From the NCBI GenBank assembly GCA_963776245.1, contig CAVZLN010000005.1:127253-191252 (forward strand): a stretch of 64,000 nt of DNA. The letters are read 5' to 3'. The notes beneath the pieces were generated by a model. It was not told the origin of the DNA, searched no databases, and saw nothing but the letters and a program-made list of their open reading frames with translations. Both the position numbers and the translations under genes were made by a program. This document shows positions 46,936 to 62,046 of the stretch, piece after piece. Origin of the DNA: Candidatus Eiseniibacteriota bacterium. Lineage in GTDB: Bacteria > Eisenbacteria > RBG-16-71-46. How positions within the stretch are numbered: position 1 is the first letter of the stretch; every line of letters starts with the position of its first letter.

Positions 46936-47528
46936 GATGTCTCTCCGGTCCGCGCCACGAGGCGCGACTTCAGCTCGGCGCGTGCGCGCGACAGCCGCGA
47001 CATCACCGTGCCCGGCGGCACGCCCAGCACCGCCGCGATCTGGTCATACGACAGGTCCTCGACCGCGCGCAGCGCCAGCACCGCCTGATGATCGGGCGAC
47101 AGCTCCGCGAACGCCGCCGCGAGCCGCGCGTTGCGCTCGGCGCGGACGGCGTGCTCGGCGGGATCGTCGTCCGTGCCGAACTGACGGCCGGCCTCGAGCA
47201 TCGGCTCGATCGAGTCCTCGGGCCGGCGCTTGCGGCGCCGGAACAGGGAGAACGCCAGGTTGACCGTGATGCGCGACAGCCACGGGTAGAGCGGCTCGCC
47301 GACGCGGAAGCGTCCGAGCGCCTGCCACGCGCGCACGAAGGTCTCCTGGGCGAGGTCGTCCGCGTCGCTCGGGTTGCGCGCCAGGCCGTACGCCAGCCGG
47401 TGGATCGCGCGCTGGTAGTAGCGCACGAGCTGGCCGAAGGCGGCCTGGTCGCCTCCCTGGGCGGCGAGGAGCAGACCTGCCTCCTCGCCCGGTTCCATCC
47501 ATGGCGTACGCCGCTCGGTGGGATTCAT
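46932..47528 (-). CDS. ECF RNA polymerase sigma factor (start may be 47498)
   Basis: GDQAAF, DADDLAQETF, WLSRI, LSYDQIA, GTVMSRLSRAR. Confidence 0.93.
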   Translation of the reverse strand: MNPTERRTPWMEPGEEAGLLLAAQGGDQAAFGQLVRYYQRAIHRLAYGLARNPSDADDLAQETFVRAWQALGRFRVGEPLYPWLSRITVNLAFSLFRRRKRRPEDSIEPMLEAGRQFGTDDDPAEHAVRAERNARLAAAFAELSPDHQAVLALRAVEDLSYDQIAAVLGVPPGTVMSRLSRARAELKSRLVARTGETS

Positions 47529-47590
47529 TCCCGGGGACGGTTACCGCCTGAACGGCCGGGGGTCAAGGCGCGAAGCGAGCGGCGGGGGGC

Positions 47591-48304
47591 TCACCCGGGC
47601 CGTCCCACGAGCGCCGCATCGCGCTCGGCCCGCGCGGCTTCGAGCGCCGCGCGCGGATCGGCGGCGGCGGTCACGGCACGCCCGAGCACCAGCAGGCTCG
47701 AGCCCAGGAGCACCGCCTCGCGGATGGTGGCCACGCGCGATTGGTCGTGCGTGGCGCCCCCGGCGGGCCGGATGCCCGGCGTGACGGCGAAGAACGCCGC
47801 CGGATGGTGGCGGCGCACGCCTTCGAGGTCGCTCGCCGCGCACACGATGCCGCGGGCGCCCGCGCGCTCGCTCAGCGCGAGCAGCGCGGCGAGGGTCTGG
47901 TGGAGCGCGAACGGCCGCGCGAACCCGGGCGGCAGATCGGCGGGATCGAGACTGGTGAGCAGCGTCACGGCGACGATGCCGGTGGTGCCGCCCGCGGCCG
48001 CGATGCCGCGCGCGGCCGCTCCGATCATGGCCGCGCCGCCGGTGGCGTGCACCGTGAGCAGGTCGGCGCCGAGGCGCGCGGCCGCGGCCGCCGCGCCCTC
48101 CACGGTGTGGGGGATGTCGTGGAGCTTGAGGTCGAGGAACACGCGCCGCCCGCGCGCGCGCAGCGCGAGCACCGCCTCGGGACCGGCGGCGGTGAAGAGC
48201 TGCAGTCCGACCTTGGCGTACTCCGGGCCGGCCCCCAGGCGCCGATCCAGCTCGAGCGCCTGTTCGAGCGTGGCCACGTCGAAGGCGATCGCGAGGTCGC
48301 TCAC
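47591..48304 (-). CDS. pyrF: Orotidine-5'-phosphate decarboxylase
   Basis: AFD, KVGLQL, FLDLKLHDIPHTV, VTLLTS, TPGIRP, LGRAV. Confidence 0.95.
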   Translation of the reverse strand: MSDLAIAFDVATLEQALELDRRLGAGPEYAKVGLQLFTAAGPEAVLALRARGRRVFLDLKLHDIPHTVEGAAAAAARLGADLLTVHATGGAAMIGAAARGIAAAGGTTGIVAVTLLTSLDPADLPPGFARPFALHQTLAALLALSERAGARGIVCAASDLEGVRRHHPAAFFAVTPGIRPAGGATHDQSRVATIREAVLLGSSLLVLGRAVTAAADPRAALEAARAERDAALVGRPG

Positions 48305-49336
48305 GCGCGGCTCCGGCTCGGGCGCGGCGTCCGGGCGGTGGGGCGGCTCCGCGCCGCGCGCGGCGCGGGCGCGCCCGATTGGGCGTCCGCGCCCGCCAGA
48401 CAGCCGCGCCAGTCCGCGAGCGAGCGCACCCCGCGCGCCGCGAGCCACTCCTCCATCTCTTCCGCGATGGTCTGCGCGGCGCGCGGGCGGAGGAAGGTCG
48501 CGGTGCCCACCTGCACCGCGGCGGCGCCGATCGGCGAGGTACTCGAGCGCGTCGCGCCCGTTCATGATGCCGCCCGAGCCGATGACCGGGATGCGCACCG
48601 CGTGCGCCGCCTCGTGGCAGCGCGCCAGCGCCAGCGGCTTGATCGCCGGGCCCGAGAGCCCGCCGGTGCGCCGCGCCAGCCGGGGCCGCAGGTGGTCGAG
48701 GTCGAGCGCCATCCCGACGAACGTGTTCACCGCCGTCACGGCATCGGCGCCGCCCGCCTCGCACGCGCGCGCGAGGTCGCCGACCGAGGTCACGTCGGGC
48801 GAGAGCTTGGCGATCAGCGCGCGCGTGGTGAGCGGGCGCAGGCGCGCCAGCGTGCGCTCGAGGCGCCGCGGCACCGCCCAGTAGCGCGCGCCGCCCGCCG
48901 CCACGTTGGGGCACGAGAAGTTGATCTCGAACGCCGCGATGCCCTCGACCCGCGCCAGCGTGCCCACCAGGCGCTCCAGCTCGCGCGCGGTCTCGCCGCC
49001 CACCGACGCCACGATGGTCGCGCCGAGCGCCCGCAATCGCGGCACCTTCTCGCTCGCGAACCGCGCCAGCCCGACGTTCTCCAGCCCGATCGAGTTGAGC
49101 ATGCCGCCGGCGGTCTCGGCGATGCGCTGCGGCGGATTGCCGGCGCGCGGCTTCACGGTGACCGTCTTGGTGATCACCCCGCCGATGGCGGTGAGGTCCA
49201 CGACGTGCGCGTACTCGTCGCCGTAGCCGAAGGTGCCCGAGGCCGTGAGCACCGGATTGCGCAGCTCCAGCGGCCCGATGCGGACCGCCATGTCCACGCG
49301 TGCGGCGGGGCGGGCCGCTCGTTTGGGCGCGCTCAC
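48301..49336 (-). CDS. pyrD: Dihydroorotate dehydrogenase family 1B catalytic subunit (frameshift near 48530)
   Basis: ASGTFGYG, GNPPQRI, NSIGLEN, NFSCPNV, KLSP, GGLSGPAIKP, QVGTA. Confidence 0.93.
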
Positions 49337-50205
49337 TCGATCCTCGCCCAGTCGAGGTCGCGGGCCTCGAACACCGGGCCCTCGGTGCAGCACATCGCGT
49401 ACTCCGCGCTGCCGTGGAGCGAGGGCGTGACCCCGGGGCTGAATCCCCCGCGCTTCGCCGCGCTGCGCGGCAGCGGGCAGCCGCGGCACACGCCGGTCCC
49501 GCACGCCATCGGCGACTCCATCGCCAGCCACGCGTGCGCGCGGTGCGCGATCGCCCACCGCGCCACCGCCGCGAGCATGCCGTGCGGGCCGCAGGCGTGG
49601 AACACCACGCGCGCGCCGAGCCCGGGTGCCAGCCGCGCGAGCACGTCGAGCACCGTGCCGCGCGTGCCGCGGCTGCCGTCATCGGTGCACAGGTGCAGCC
49701 GGCCGCCCGCCTTCGACAGGCGCGTGCGCGCCGCGTCGAGCCCGACCAGCAGCGCCGCCGTGCGGGCGCCGAAGACGAGGTCGCAGCGCCGCCCGTCCGC
49801 CGCCAGCCGCTCGGCCGCGAACAGCAGCGGCGCCACGCCGCGACCCCCCGCGAGCAGCACCGGGGCGCCCGCCCCATCGAGCGGGAAGCCGCGCCCGAGC
49901 GGACCGAGCACCTCGACCCGCGCGCCGGGCGGGAGCGCCGCGAGCGCCCGCGTGCCGGCGCCGACGGCGGCGTAGAGGAAGCCGAGGGTGAGCGCGCCGC
50001 GGCGCAGCGAGGCCGCCGCGACGCTCATCGGGCGCGGCAGCAGCACGGAGGTGTCCCTGAGCAGCAACTGCACGAACTGGCCGGGCGCGGGCAGCGGGAA
50101 GTCCGCGGTCACCCGCAGGTCGAGCCAGCGATGGTCGCCGGTCACCGCGCGCTGCGCGGCGACCTCGGCGGTGGTCTGGATCCAGCTCGCCGAGGTCACG
50201 CTCAA
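49333..50205 (-). CDS. pyrK: Dihydroorotate dehydrogenase electron transfer subunit
   Basis: PGQFV, RPMS, GPLGRGF, ACGP, MACGTGVCRGC, C.EGPVF. Confidence 0.93.
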   Translation of the reverse strand: MSVTSASWIQTTAEVAAQRAVTGDHRWLDLRVTADFPLPAPGQFVQLLLRDTSVLLPRPMSVAAASLRRGALTLGFLYAAVGAGTRALAALPPGARVEVLGPLGRGFPLDGAGAPVLLAGGRGVAPLLFAAERLAADGRRCDLVFGARTAALLVGLDAARTRLSKAGGRLHLCTDDGSRGTRGTVLDVLARLAPGLGARVVFHACGPHGMLAAVARWAIAHRAHAWLAMESPMACGTGVCRGCPLPRSAAKRGGFSPGVTPSLHGSAEYAMCCTEGPVFEARDLDWARIE

Positions 50206-52429
50206 GGCTTGGACCGGGCCGTGTCCGGTGCGGCCGGAGCGCGCGGGGGCCGCTTGGGCCGATGCTTGTGCGCGGGCGCGCGCGTGCTGTCGGCGGCCGC
50301 CGCCGCGCTGTCGGGCTTTGCCTTCACCACGCTGGGCGCGGGCGTCGGCTTCGCCGGGCCGGCCGCGGGAACGGGTTCCACCGCGGGCGGCGCGACGCTG
50401 TCGGGCTTCGTCTTCACCTCACTGGGCGCCGGCGCGGGCTGCACCGGGCCGATCGCGGGAACGCGCCCCGGCTCGGGCGGCGCAATGCTGTCGGGCTTCG
50501 CCTTCACCAGGCCGGGCGTCGGCGCGGGCTTGGCCGGCGCCACCACGACGTCTCCGGCGTTCGCGGGCGGGGCGGCGCTGTCGGGCCTGGCGGTCGCGAG
50601 CCCGGGCCCGCCGGACGGCTTGCGCGGAGTGCCGGCCAGCGCGCTGCTGTCGCCGGGCGCCACGGGCGGCACGACGAGCCCGGGGACGGCCGGGTGACCC
50701 GCCAGCGCGCTGCTGTCCCCCAGCGCGCCGGGCGAGCCGATGTGGGGCATGAAGTCCGGACGCACCGGTCGGCCCGCGAACCCGGCGCTATCCCCCGGCA
50801 TCGAGCCCGGCGGATGGGTGCGGAAACGCGCCCGCTGCCATTCCGGGCCCCCGAGCCGCGTCGAATCGCCCGGGGCGGGCTGGGGCTGGCCGAGGGACTG
50901 GTCGGCGAGTGGCGGGGGCGAGAGACGCGTGGTGTCGACGTGCGCCAGCAGGGGCCGCTCGGGCAGGCGGATGAGCCCCGGATCCACCTCGGCGCCCTCG
51001 GCCTCGAGGTAGTCGCGCGCCGCCAGCTGGGCCTCGGTGGCCGGGTGCTGGCGCACCACCTCCCAGAACAGCGAGTCGGCCTCCGGCTTGCGGTCGAGCT
51101 TGCGGCTCAGCACCCACGCCTGCGCGGTCAGCGCCTTGGCCTCGTACGGAGTGCCCTTCAGCTCGCCGGCGAGGCGCTGGTACTCCTGCAGCGCGCGCTC
51201 GGGCTTCTCGAGTTGGAACAGGTAGACCTCGGCGCGCGCGAAGCCGGCCTCGCCGAGCCGTTCGACCGAGTCCCCTCCGGCGATCCGGTACTGCGCCAGC
51301 CGGTCGAGGGTGCCGAGCCGCAGGGTGGCCTGCTCGCCGTAGCTGCCACCCGCGCCCTGCTCCTTGACCTTGGCGTATTCCACCCGCGCCTTGTCGAAGT
51401 CATCGCCCACGGTCTCGTAGGCGTAGCCGAGGCGATACTGCGCCTCGGCCGCGAGGGTGGTGCGCGGGTAGTCGGTCAGCACGTCACGGTAGGCTTCGAG
51501 CGCGGGCTCGAGGCGCCCGGCCAGCAGGTGCACGGAGCCGATGCGCAGCAGCAGCCGTCCGTAGTGGTCGCCGCCCGCGGTGGCGAGCGGGTTGTAGGCG
51601 AGCGCGGCCGCCGCGGCGGGCGTGCCCGGCGCGCCGGGTGGCGGCGGCACCGGCTCCTGCTCGTACGCCAGCGCCTCCTTCAGCAGCGCGAGCGCGCCGT
51701 CGAGGTCCCGGGTGCCCTCGAGGCAATCGGACTCGCGCAGCAGCCAGCCGAGCCGCTCCTCCTCGTTGAGCGAGCGGGCGCCGAGGAAGCGGTACTCCTC
51801 GCGCGCGTGGCCGAAGTCGCCGCGCGCGAACAGCGCCTCGGCGCGCGCCTTGTGCGCCTCGACCACGAGCGAGCTCTTGGGGAACTTCTCGATCACCTCC
51901 GCCGCCGCGTCCGCCGCATCACCGGGCTGCTGCAGCGCCATCAGCGCGCGCGAGCGCTCGAGCATGGCGTAGGGCGCCAGCGGGTCGCGCGGGGCCGCGG
52001 CGAGGAACTCCTCGAGGGACTTCAGCGCGGGGCTGTAGCGCCGCGCCCGGAGCAGGCCGACGCCGAGGTAGAAGGTGGCCTGATGGCGCAGCTTGCTCTC
52101 GGGATAGAGGGTGGCGAACTCCTGCAGCATGTTCACCGTCTGCAGCGGGTCGCCCTGCCCGAGCAGCGATTTCGCCCACATGAGGTAGGCGTCGTCCGCC
52201 CACTTCGAGCGCGGGTAGCGCGCGAGCACCTTCTTGGCGTAGTCCGCCGACTTGACGAACGCCTGCGCCTGCCCCGCCTGGGCCTTGTCCACCAGGTAGG
52301 GCGCGCCCTCGGTGGCCCGGTCGTAGTTCTTCCGCGCCAGGTAGAAGGTGTTGTAGTACGCGCACGAGGAGCCGAGCGCGGCCAGCAGGGCGAGCGCGAG
52401 TGCTACGCGCAGCCGGCGGTGGAGCCGTG

Positions 52430-52433
<4 letters not shown>
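50202..52433 (-). CDS. TPR lipoprotein (BamD/YfiO-like repeats) with Pro/Ala-rich repeat tail
   Basis: Lipobox [22 protein letters not shown], multiple TPRs, about 245-aa low-complexity tail. Confidence 0.85.
50307..50620 (-). repeat. 90-bp (30-aa) tandem repeat, about 3.5 copies, in the TPR lipoprotein tail
   Basis: gctgtcgggc anchors at 50307, 50397, 50487, 50577; KAKPDS/KTKPDS units. Confidence 0.8.
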
Positions 52434-55642
<3,209 letters not shown>

Positions 55643-55654
55643 CCGGTCGCTCCT

Positions 55655-56128
55655 CTAGATCCAGGCGCGCACGCGGGCGCGGTAGCGGCGGTAGTCGTCC
55701 CCGAAGCGCCGCGCGAGATGGCGCTCCTCGGGCACGATGCTGCCGAAGTGGAGGATGGCGACGGCCACCGGCGTCAGGGCGAGGGACCACGGCAGGCGGA
55801 GCCACAGCGAGAAGGCCACCAGGTAGAGCACCAGTGACACGTACATGGGATTGCGGCTCAGCCGGAATGGGCCGTCCACCAGCAGCGCGGCGGTCGGGCG
55901 GTACGGGTTCACACTGACGCGCTCGCGCCGCATGAGCCGCAGCGCGCCCGCTCCGAATACCATGCCGGCCAGCAGCAGCGCGGCCCCGATCGGCCAGCGC
56001 CAGGCACTCGACCAGGCGGGCAGGGCGAGGATGCGCTGGAGCAGCGCGCCGGCGATCAACGCGAGCACCGGGATGAGCGGGGCGGGCACGCCGCGAGCGG
56101 CGTCGTGCGGATCCATGGGCTCGGACAT
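55655..56128 (-). CDS. Isoprenylcysteine carboxyl/phospholipid methyltransferase family membrane protein
   Basis: LVDGPFRLSRNPMY, EERHL..RFG..Y..Y...V..W. Confidence 0.87.
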   Translation of the reverse strand: MSEPMDPHDAARGVPAPLIPVLALIAGALLQRILALPAWSSAWRWPIGAALLLAGMVFGAGALRLMRRERVSVNPYRPTAALLVDGPFRLSRNPMYVSLVLYLVAFSLWLRLPWSLALTPVAVAILHFGSIVPEERHLARRFGDDYRRYRARVRAWI

Positions 56129-56250
56129 GTCGGATTCCTCAGCGGCGGCGGCCCGTGGCGGGAGTCTGCGGCTCGGGGCGAGCGTGGCGGTCCTCCCTGT
56201 GATGCGGTCGGAGGACACTCGGACCACGCCGGGGACCGGTCGATCCCGCA

Positions 56251-57554
<1,304 letters not shown>

Positions 57555-57558
<4 letters not shown>

Positions 57559-58874
57559 CGCACGCTCTCGGGGACCGCGGCGCTGCCGCGCGCGCGCGCG
57601 ACGCGCACCGCGGGCTCGGCATGGGTGAGGCGGCCGCCGCACACCGTCGCCATCGCGCGCCCGGTCAGCGTCCAGCCGCCGAAGGGCGTGTTGCGCCCCT
57701 TCGAATGGAAGCGCTCGGGCTCCACGCGCCACTCGGCGTCAGGGTCGATGAGCACCAGGTCGGCCGGGTCGCCGGGCGCCAGCCGCACCGCCGGCAGGTC
57801 GAACACGCGGCGCGGCGCGTCGGTCCACAGCTCGAGGGCGCGCTCGAAGGTGAGGTGCCCGGGCTTGACGAGGAAGGTGAGGGTGAGCGCGAGCGCGGTC
57901 TCGAGTCCGACGATGCCGAACGGCGCCTCCTCGAACGGCCGGCGCTTCTCGTCGGCGGTGTGCGGCGCGTGGTCGGTGGCGAGCACGTCGAGCGTGCCGT
58001 CCACCAGGGCGGCGATCACCGCGTCGCGGTCGCGCGCCGAGCGCAGCGGGGGATTCATCTTGGCGTGGGTGTCGTAGCCCTCCACCGCGTCGTCGGTGAG
58101 CGTCCAGTAGTGCGGGCAGGTCTCGCCCGTCACCGCGAGCCCGCGGCGCCGGGCGTCGCGCAGCGCCTCGAGCGACTCGGCGCACGAGAGGTGCGCGAGG
58201 TGCACGCGCCCGCCGGTGAGCGCGGCCAGCTCCACGTCGCGCCGCACCATCACGCTCTCGGCGGCGTTGGGCATGCCGCGCAGGCCGAGCCGCGTGGCCA
58301 TGGTGCCCTCGTTCATCTGGCCCCCGCCCGCCAGCGAGGGGTCCTCCTCGTGCACCACGATCGGCAGTCCGGAGTGACGCGCGTACTCGAGCGCGCGGCG
58401 CATGATGGAGGCCTTCGCCAGCGGGCGCCCGTCGTCGCTGAGCGCCACCGCGCCCGCGCTCTTGAGCGCCATGAACGGCGCCAGGGTCTCGCCGTTCTGC
58501 CCCAGCGTGACCGCGCCGATCGGGTGCACCCGGCAGTGCCCGACCTGCGCCGCGCGCTCCCGCACCCAGTCCACCTGCACCGCCTCGTCGAGCACCGGCG
58601 TGGTGTTCGGCATGCAGCACACCGCGGTGAACCCGCCCGCCGCCGCGGCGCGGGTGCCGCTGACGATGGTCTCCTTCACCGACTGCCCGGGCTCGCGCAG
58701 GTGCGCGTGCAGGTCCACGAGCCCGGGGGCCACCCACAGGCCGTCGGCCTCGATGACACTGCCGGCCTCGCGCTCCAGCGGGTCGGCGACGATGCGCCCG
58801 TCCCGGAAGCCGAGGTCCACGCGCTCGCCGGTGCGCCAGTGGCGCGCATCGCGGATCAGCGTGATCGGCCTCAT
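57555..58874 (-). CDS. pyrC: Dihydroorotase
   Basis: DLHAHLREPG, MPNT.P, KMNPPLR, ATDHAPH, SKGRNTPF. Confidence 0.96.
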
Positions 58875-59869
58875 GACGCCACCCCCGCTCGCCGCGCGCG
58901 CGCGCAGCGCACCAGCACCGCGCAGCGCAGCGCCACGCCGTTCTCGACCTGGTCGAGGATCACCGCGCGCTCGCCGTCGGCGACCTCGGGCAGCACCTCG
59001 ACGCCCCGGTTCATCGGCCCCGGGTGGAGCACCACCGCGTCGCGGGCGAGCCGGCGCACGCGCTCGGGGGTGAGCCCCCAGACGCGCGAGAACTCGCCCA
59101 GCGAGGGCAGCAGGCCGCTCTCCATGCGCTCCTTCTGCAGGCGCAGCGCCATCACCGCGTCGGCGCCCTCCATCGCCTCCTCGACCGTGGCCGCCACGGT
59201 GCAGCCGAGGCTCTCGATGCCGGCCGGCATCAGCGTCGCGGGGCCGGCGAGCGTGACCTCGGCGCCCAGCGTGCGCAGGCCGTGGATGGCGCTGCGCGCC
59301 ACGCGCGAGTGCGCCACGTCGCCCACCAGCGCCAGCCGCCGCCCCTCGAAGCGCCCCTGCCACGCGTCGCGCAGCGTCAGCAGGTCCAGCAGCCCCTGAG
59401 TGGGGTGCTCGTGCCGCCCGTCGCCGGCGTTGATCACGCCGACCTCGAGATGGCGGGTGAGGAACAGCGGCGCGCCCGAGGCGGCGTGGCGCACCACCAC
59501 CAGGTCCACGCCCATCGCCTCGATGTTCTGGATGGTGTCCAGCAGCGACTCGCCCTTGCTCACCGACGAGCCCGCGGCGGTGAGCGTCGCCACCGTGGCG
59601 CCGAGGTGGCGCGCCGCCAGCTCGAACGACACCCGGGTGCGGGTGGAGTCCTCGAAGAACGCGAGCAGCACGGTCACGCCGCGCAGATCGTCGAACGGCA
59701 GGCCGCCCGCGCGCAGCCGCGCCCGCATCGCCTCGGCGTCGTCGAGCATCCCGAGCAGCTCCTCGCGCGGCATGCCCTCGAGCCCGAGCAGATGCCGGCG
59801 GGATGGCGGGATAGCAAAAGACCCCGCGCCGATCGGCGACGGGGCGGCACTGGCGACTGCGGGATGCAT
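58871..59869 (-). CDS. pyrB: Aspartate carbamoyltransferase catalytic subunit
   Basis: FFEDSTRTRVSF, KGESL.DT, INAGDG.HEHPTQ, HPGPMNRG. Confidence 0.97.
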   Translation of the reverse strand: MHPAVASAAPSPIGAGSFAIPPSRRHLLGLEGMPREELLGMLDDAEAMRARLRAGGLPFDDLRGVTVLLAFFEDSTRTRVSFELAARHLGATVATLTAAGSSVSKGESLLDTIQNIEAMGVDLVVVRHAASGAPLFLTRHLEVGVINAGDGRHEHPTQGLLDLLTLRDAWQGRFEGRRLALVGDVAHSRVARSAIHGLRTLGAEVTLAGPATLMPAGIESLGCTVAATVEEAMEGADAVMALRLQKERMESGLLPSLGEFSRVWGLTPERVRRLARDAVVLHPGPMNRGVEVLPEVADGERAVILDQVENGVALRCAVLVRCARARRAGVAS

Positions 59870-59877
59870 GGCATCCT

Positions 59878-59910
59878 CCCTTCCCGGCCTCGCGGTGCCG
59901 AGTTCAAGGG
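59878..59910 (-). promoter_or_regulatory. PyrR-binding-site-like RNA hairpin overlapping the pyrB RBS
   Basis: CCCUU-GAA-CUCGGCA-CCGCGA-GGCCGGG-AAGGG; CNGNGA loop; 3' arm runs into GGGAGG. Confidence 0.7.
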
Positions 59911-59935
59911 GTGGTGGACGGCTCGAACGCGCGGC

Positions 59936-59964
59936 ACATTAGCGGAAGGGGCCGCGGCAATCAA
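59936..59964 (-). promoter_or_regulatory. Putative sigma70 promoter of the pyr operon
   Basis: TTGATT-N17-TAATGT about 25 nt upstream of the hairpin. Confidence 0.55.
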
Positions 59965-60083
59965 TCCCCGATCGAGGGGCCGCGATCGCGCGGTGCCGGC
60001 CCTCCCGCGCGCCCGGGCGGCCACGGCGCGGCGCCGGGTCCGGCGTATACCCTGCTTCGGCCGCCTGCTAGACTCCTTCGCCC

Positions 60084-61732
60084 ATGATCACCTTCAGTGG
60101 CGTCTCGAAGCAGTACGGCCGACAGGTCCTGTTCGTCGAAGGGTCGTTCCAGATCGATCCCGGCCAGAAGGTCGGGCTGGTCGGGCCCAACGGCGCGGGC
60201 AAGACCACGGTGTTCCGCATGATCCTCGGCGAGGAGACCCCCGACGAGGGCGAGATCACCGTGCCGAAGCGCCTGAGCATCGGCTACTACCGCCAGGACA
60301 TCGGCGAGATGTCGGGCCGCTCGGTGCTGGACGAGGCGATCGCCGGCAGCGGCGACCTGGGCGATCTGCACCACGAGCTGATGGACCTGGAGCACGCGCT
60401 CGCCGATCCCGCGCGCGCCGGCGAGATGGAGCGGCTGGTCGAGCGCTTCGGCCACGTGCAGGACGCCTACGAGCAGGCCGGCGGGTACGACCTGGAGTCG
60501 CGCGCGCGCGAGATCCTGCACGCGCTCGGTTTCGATGACGGGCAGGTGGACGGCGACGTCGGCGCGCTCTCGGGCGGCTGGAAGATGCGCGTCGGCCTGG
60601 CCCGCATCCTGCTCGGACGGCCCGACGTCCTGCTCCTCGACGAGCCCACCAACCACCTCGACATCGAGTCCATCCTGTGGCTCGAGAAGTTCGTGCGCGA
60701 CTATCGCGGCACCGTGGTGATGACCTGCCACGACAAGGACTTCATGAACCGCATCGTCGATCGCATCCTCGAGATCGACGCCGGCGAGTTCACCAGCTAC
60801 ACCGGCGACTACGACTTCTACGTGCGCCAGCGCGACATCGCCGCCACCAACCGCGAGGCCGCGTACGCGCGCCAGCAGGCCATGCTCGCCAAGGAGCGCC
60901 GCTTCATCGAGCGCTTTTCCGCGCACGCCGCCAAGGCCGCGCAGGTGCAGAGCCGCGTGAAGAAGCTCGAGAAGATCGAGATGGTCGAGCTGCCGCGCAC
61001 GCGCAAGGTGGTCGACTTCGAGTTCCGCCCGCCGCCGCGCTCGGGCGAGGACGTGCTGCAGATGAAGGGCGTCCGCAAGGCGTACGGCGAGCGCGTCGTG
61101 TACGACGGCTTCGACTTCACCATCCGCCGCACCGAGCGCTGGTGCGTGATGGGCCGCAACGGCGCGGGCAAGACCACGCTGCTCAAGATGGTCGCCGGCG
61201 ATGACCGCGCCCGACGCGGGCACCCTGAAGCTCGGCGCCAACCTGAAGGTCGGCTACTTCGCGCAGCAGGCGCTCGACCTGCTCGACCCGGCGCTGTCGG
61301 TGTTCGAGCAGATCCAGCGGGACTTCCCGCTCGAGGGCCAGGGCGTGCTGCGGAATCTGCTCGGCGCGTTCCAGTTCTCGGGCGGCGACGTCGACAAGCC
61401 GATCCGCGTGCTGTCGGGCGGCGAGAAGTCGCGCCTGGTGCTCGCGCGCATGCTGTTCGATCCGCCCAACTTCCTGGTCCTCGACGAGCCCACGAACCAT
61501 CTCGATCTCGAGACCAAGGAGATGCTGGTGCGCTCACTCGCGGACTTCGAGGGCACGATGCTGTTCGTGAGCCACGACCGCACGTTCCTGCGCGGACTCA
61601 GCAACCGGGTGCTCGAGCTGCGCCCCGGCGACGCCGTCGGGCCGGCCGGCCGAGCCGCCGTTCGCCTACCTCGGCTCGTACGTCGAGTTCGTCGAGCGCA
61701 CCGGAAGCGAGGCGGCGGGCGTGCACCGGTAG
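60084..61732 (+). CDS. ABC-F family ATPase (frameshifts near 61200 and 61640)
   Basis: Two NBDs: GPNGAGKTT/LSGGW/LDEPTNHLD and GRNGAGKTT/LSGGE/LDEPTNHLD; no TM. Confidence 0.93.
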
Positions 61733-62046
61733 CGGAGGTCGCGCGCCCGCGTCGGGCGCTGAGCTCGGATCATTCACGAAGCATAGCCAACAAGAAGACC
61801 CCGCAGGGTACGAAGAAGCTGTCTAGGCGCGCTTCTTCCAAGGCCGGAGGTCTTCTGCGTGGCGGACTTCACCACCCAGTCTGTTCTGTTCCCCGAGCTG
61901 TTCGGCAAGCCGTTGTTGGCCCGCTCTTAATCGCCCGCACGCCAGTTCGGCGGCTGCGCGATCCTGTTCAAGGTTGTCGATCGTCGGCTCCGCCGGGATC
62001 AGGAATGCGCGTATGCACCGGCGGGAAGCGTATGACGCGAGGACGA

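Noticed and set aside
47591..49558. Apparent PyrD-PyrF fusion ORF
   Set aside because: The PyrD C-terminus (QVGTA...) is in another frame ending at 48301 with a GTGA overlap into pyrF; indel artefact near 48530
50307..50720. Regularly spaced repeats as a CRISPR array
   Set aside because: They are degenerate in-frame coding repeats, and no cas genes are present
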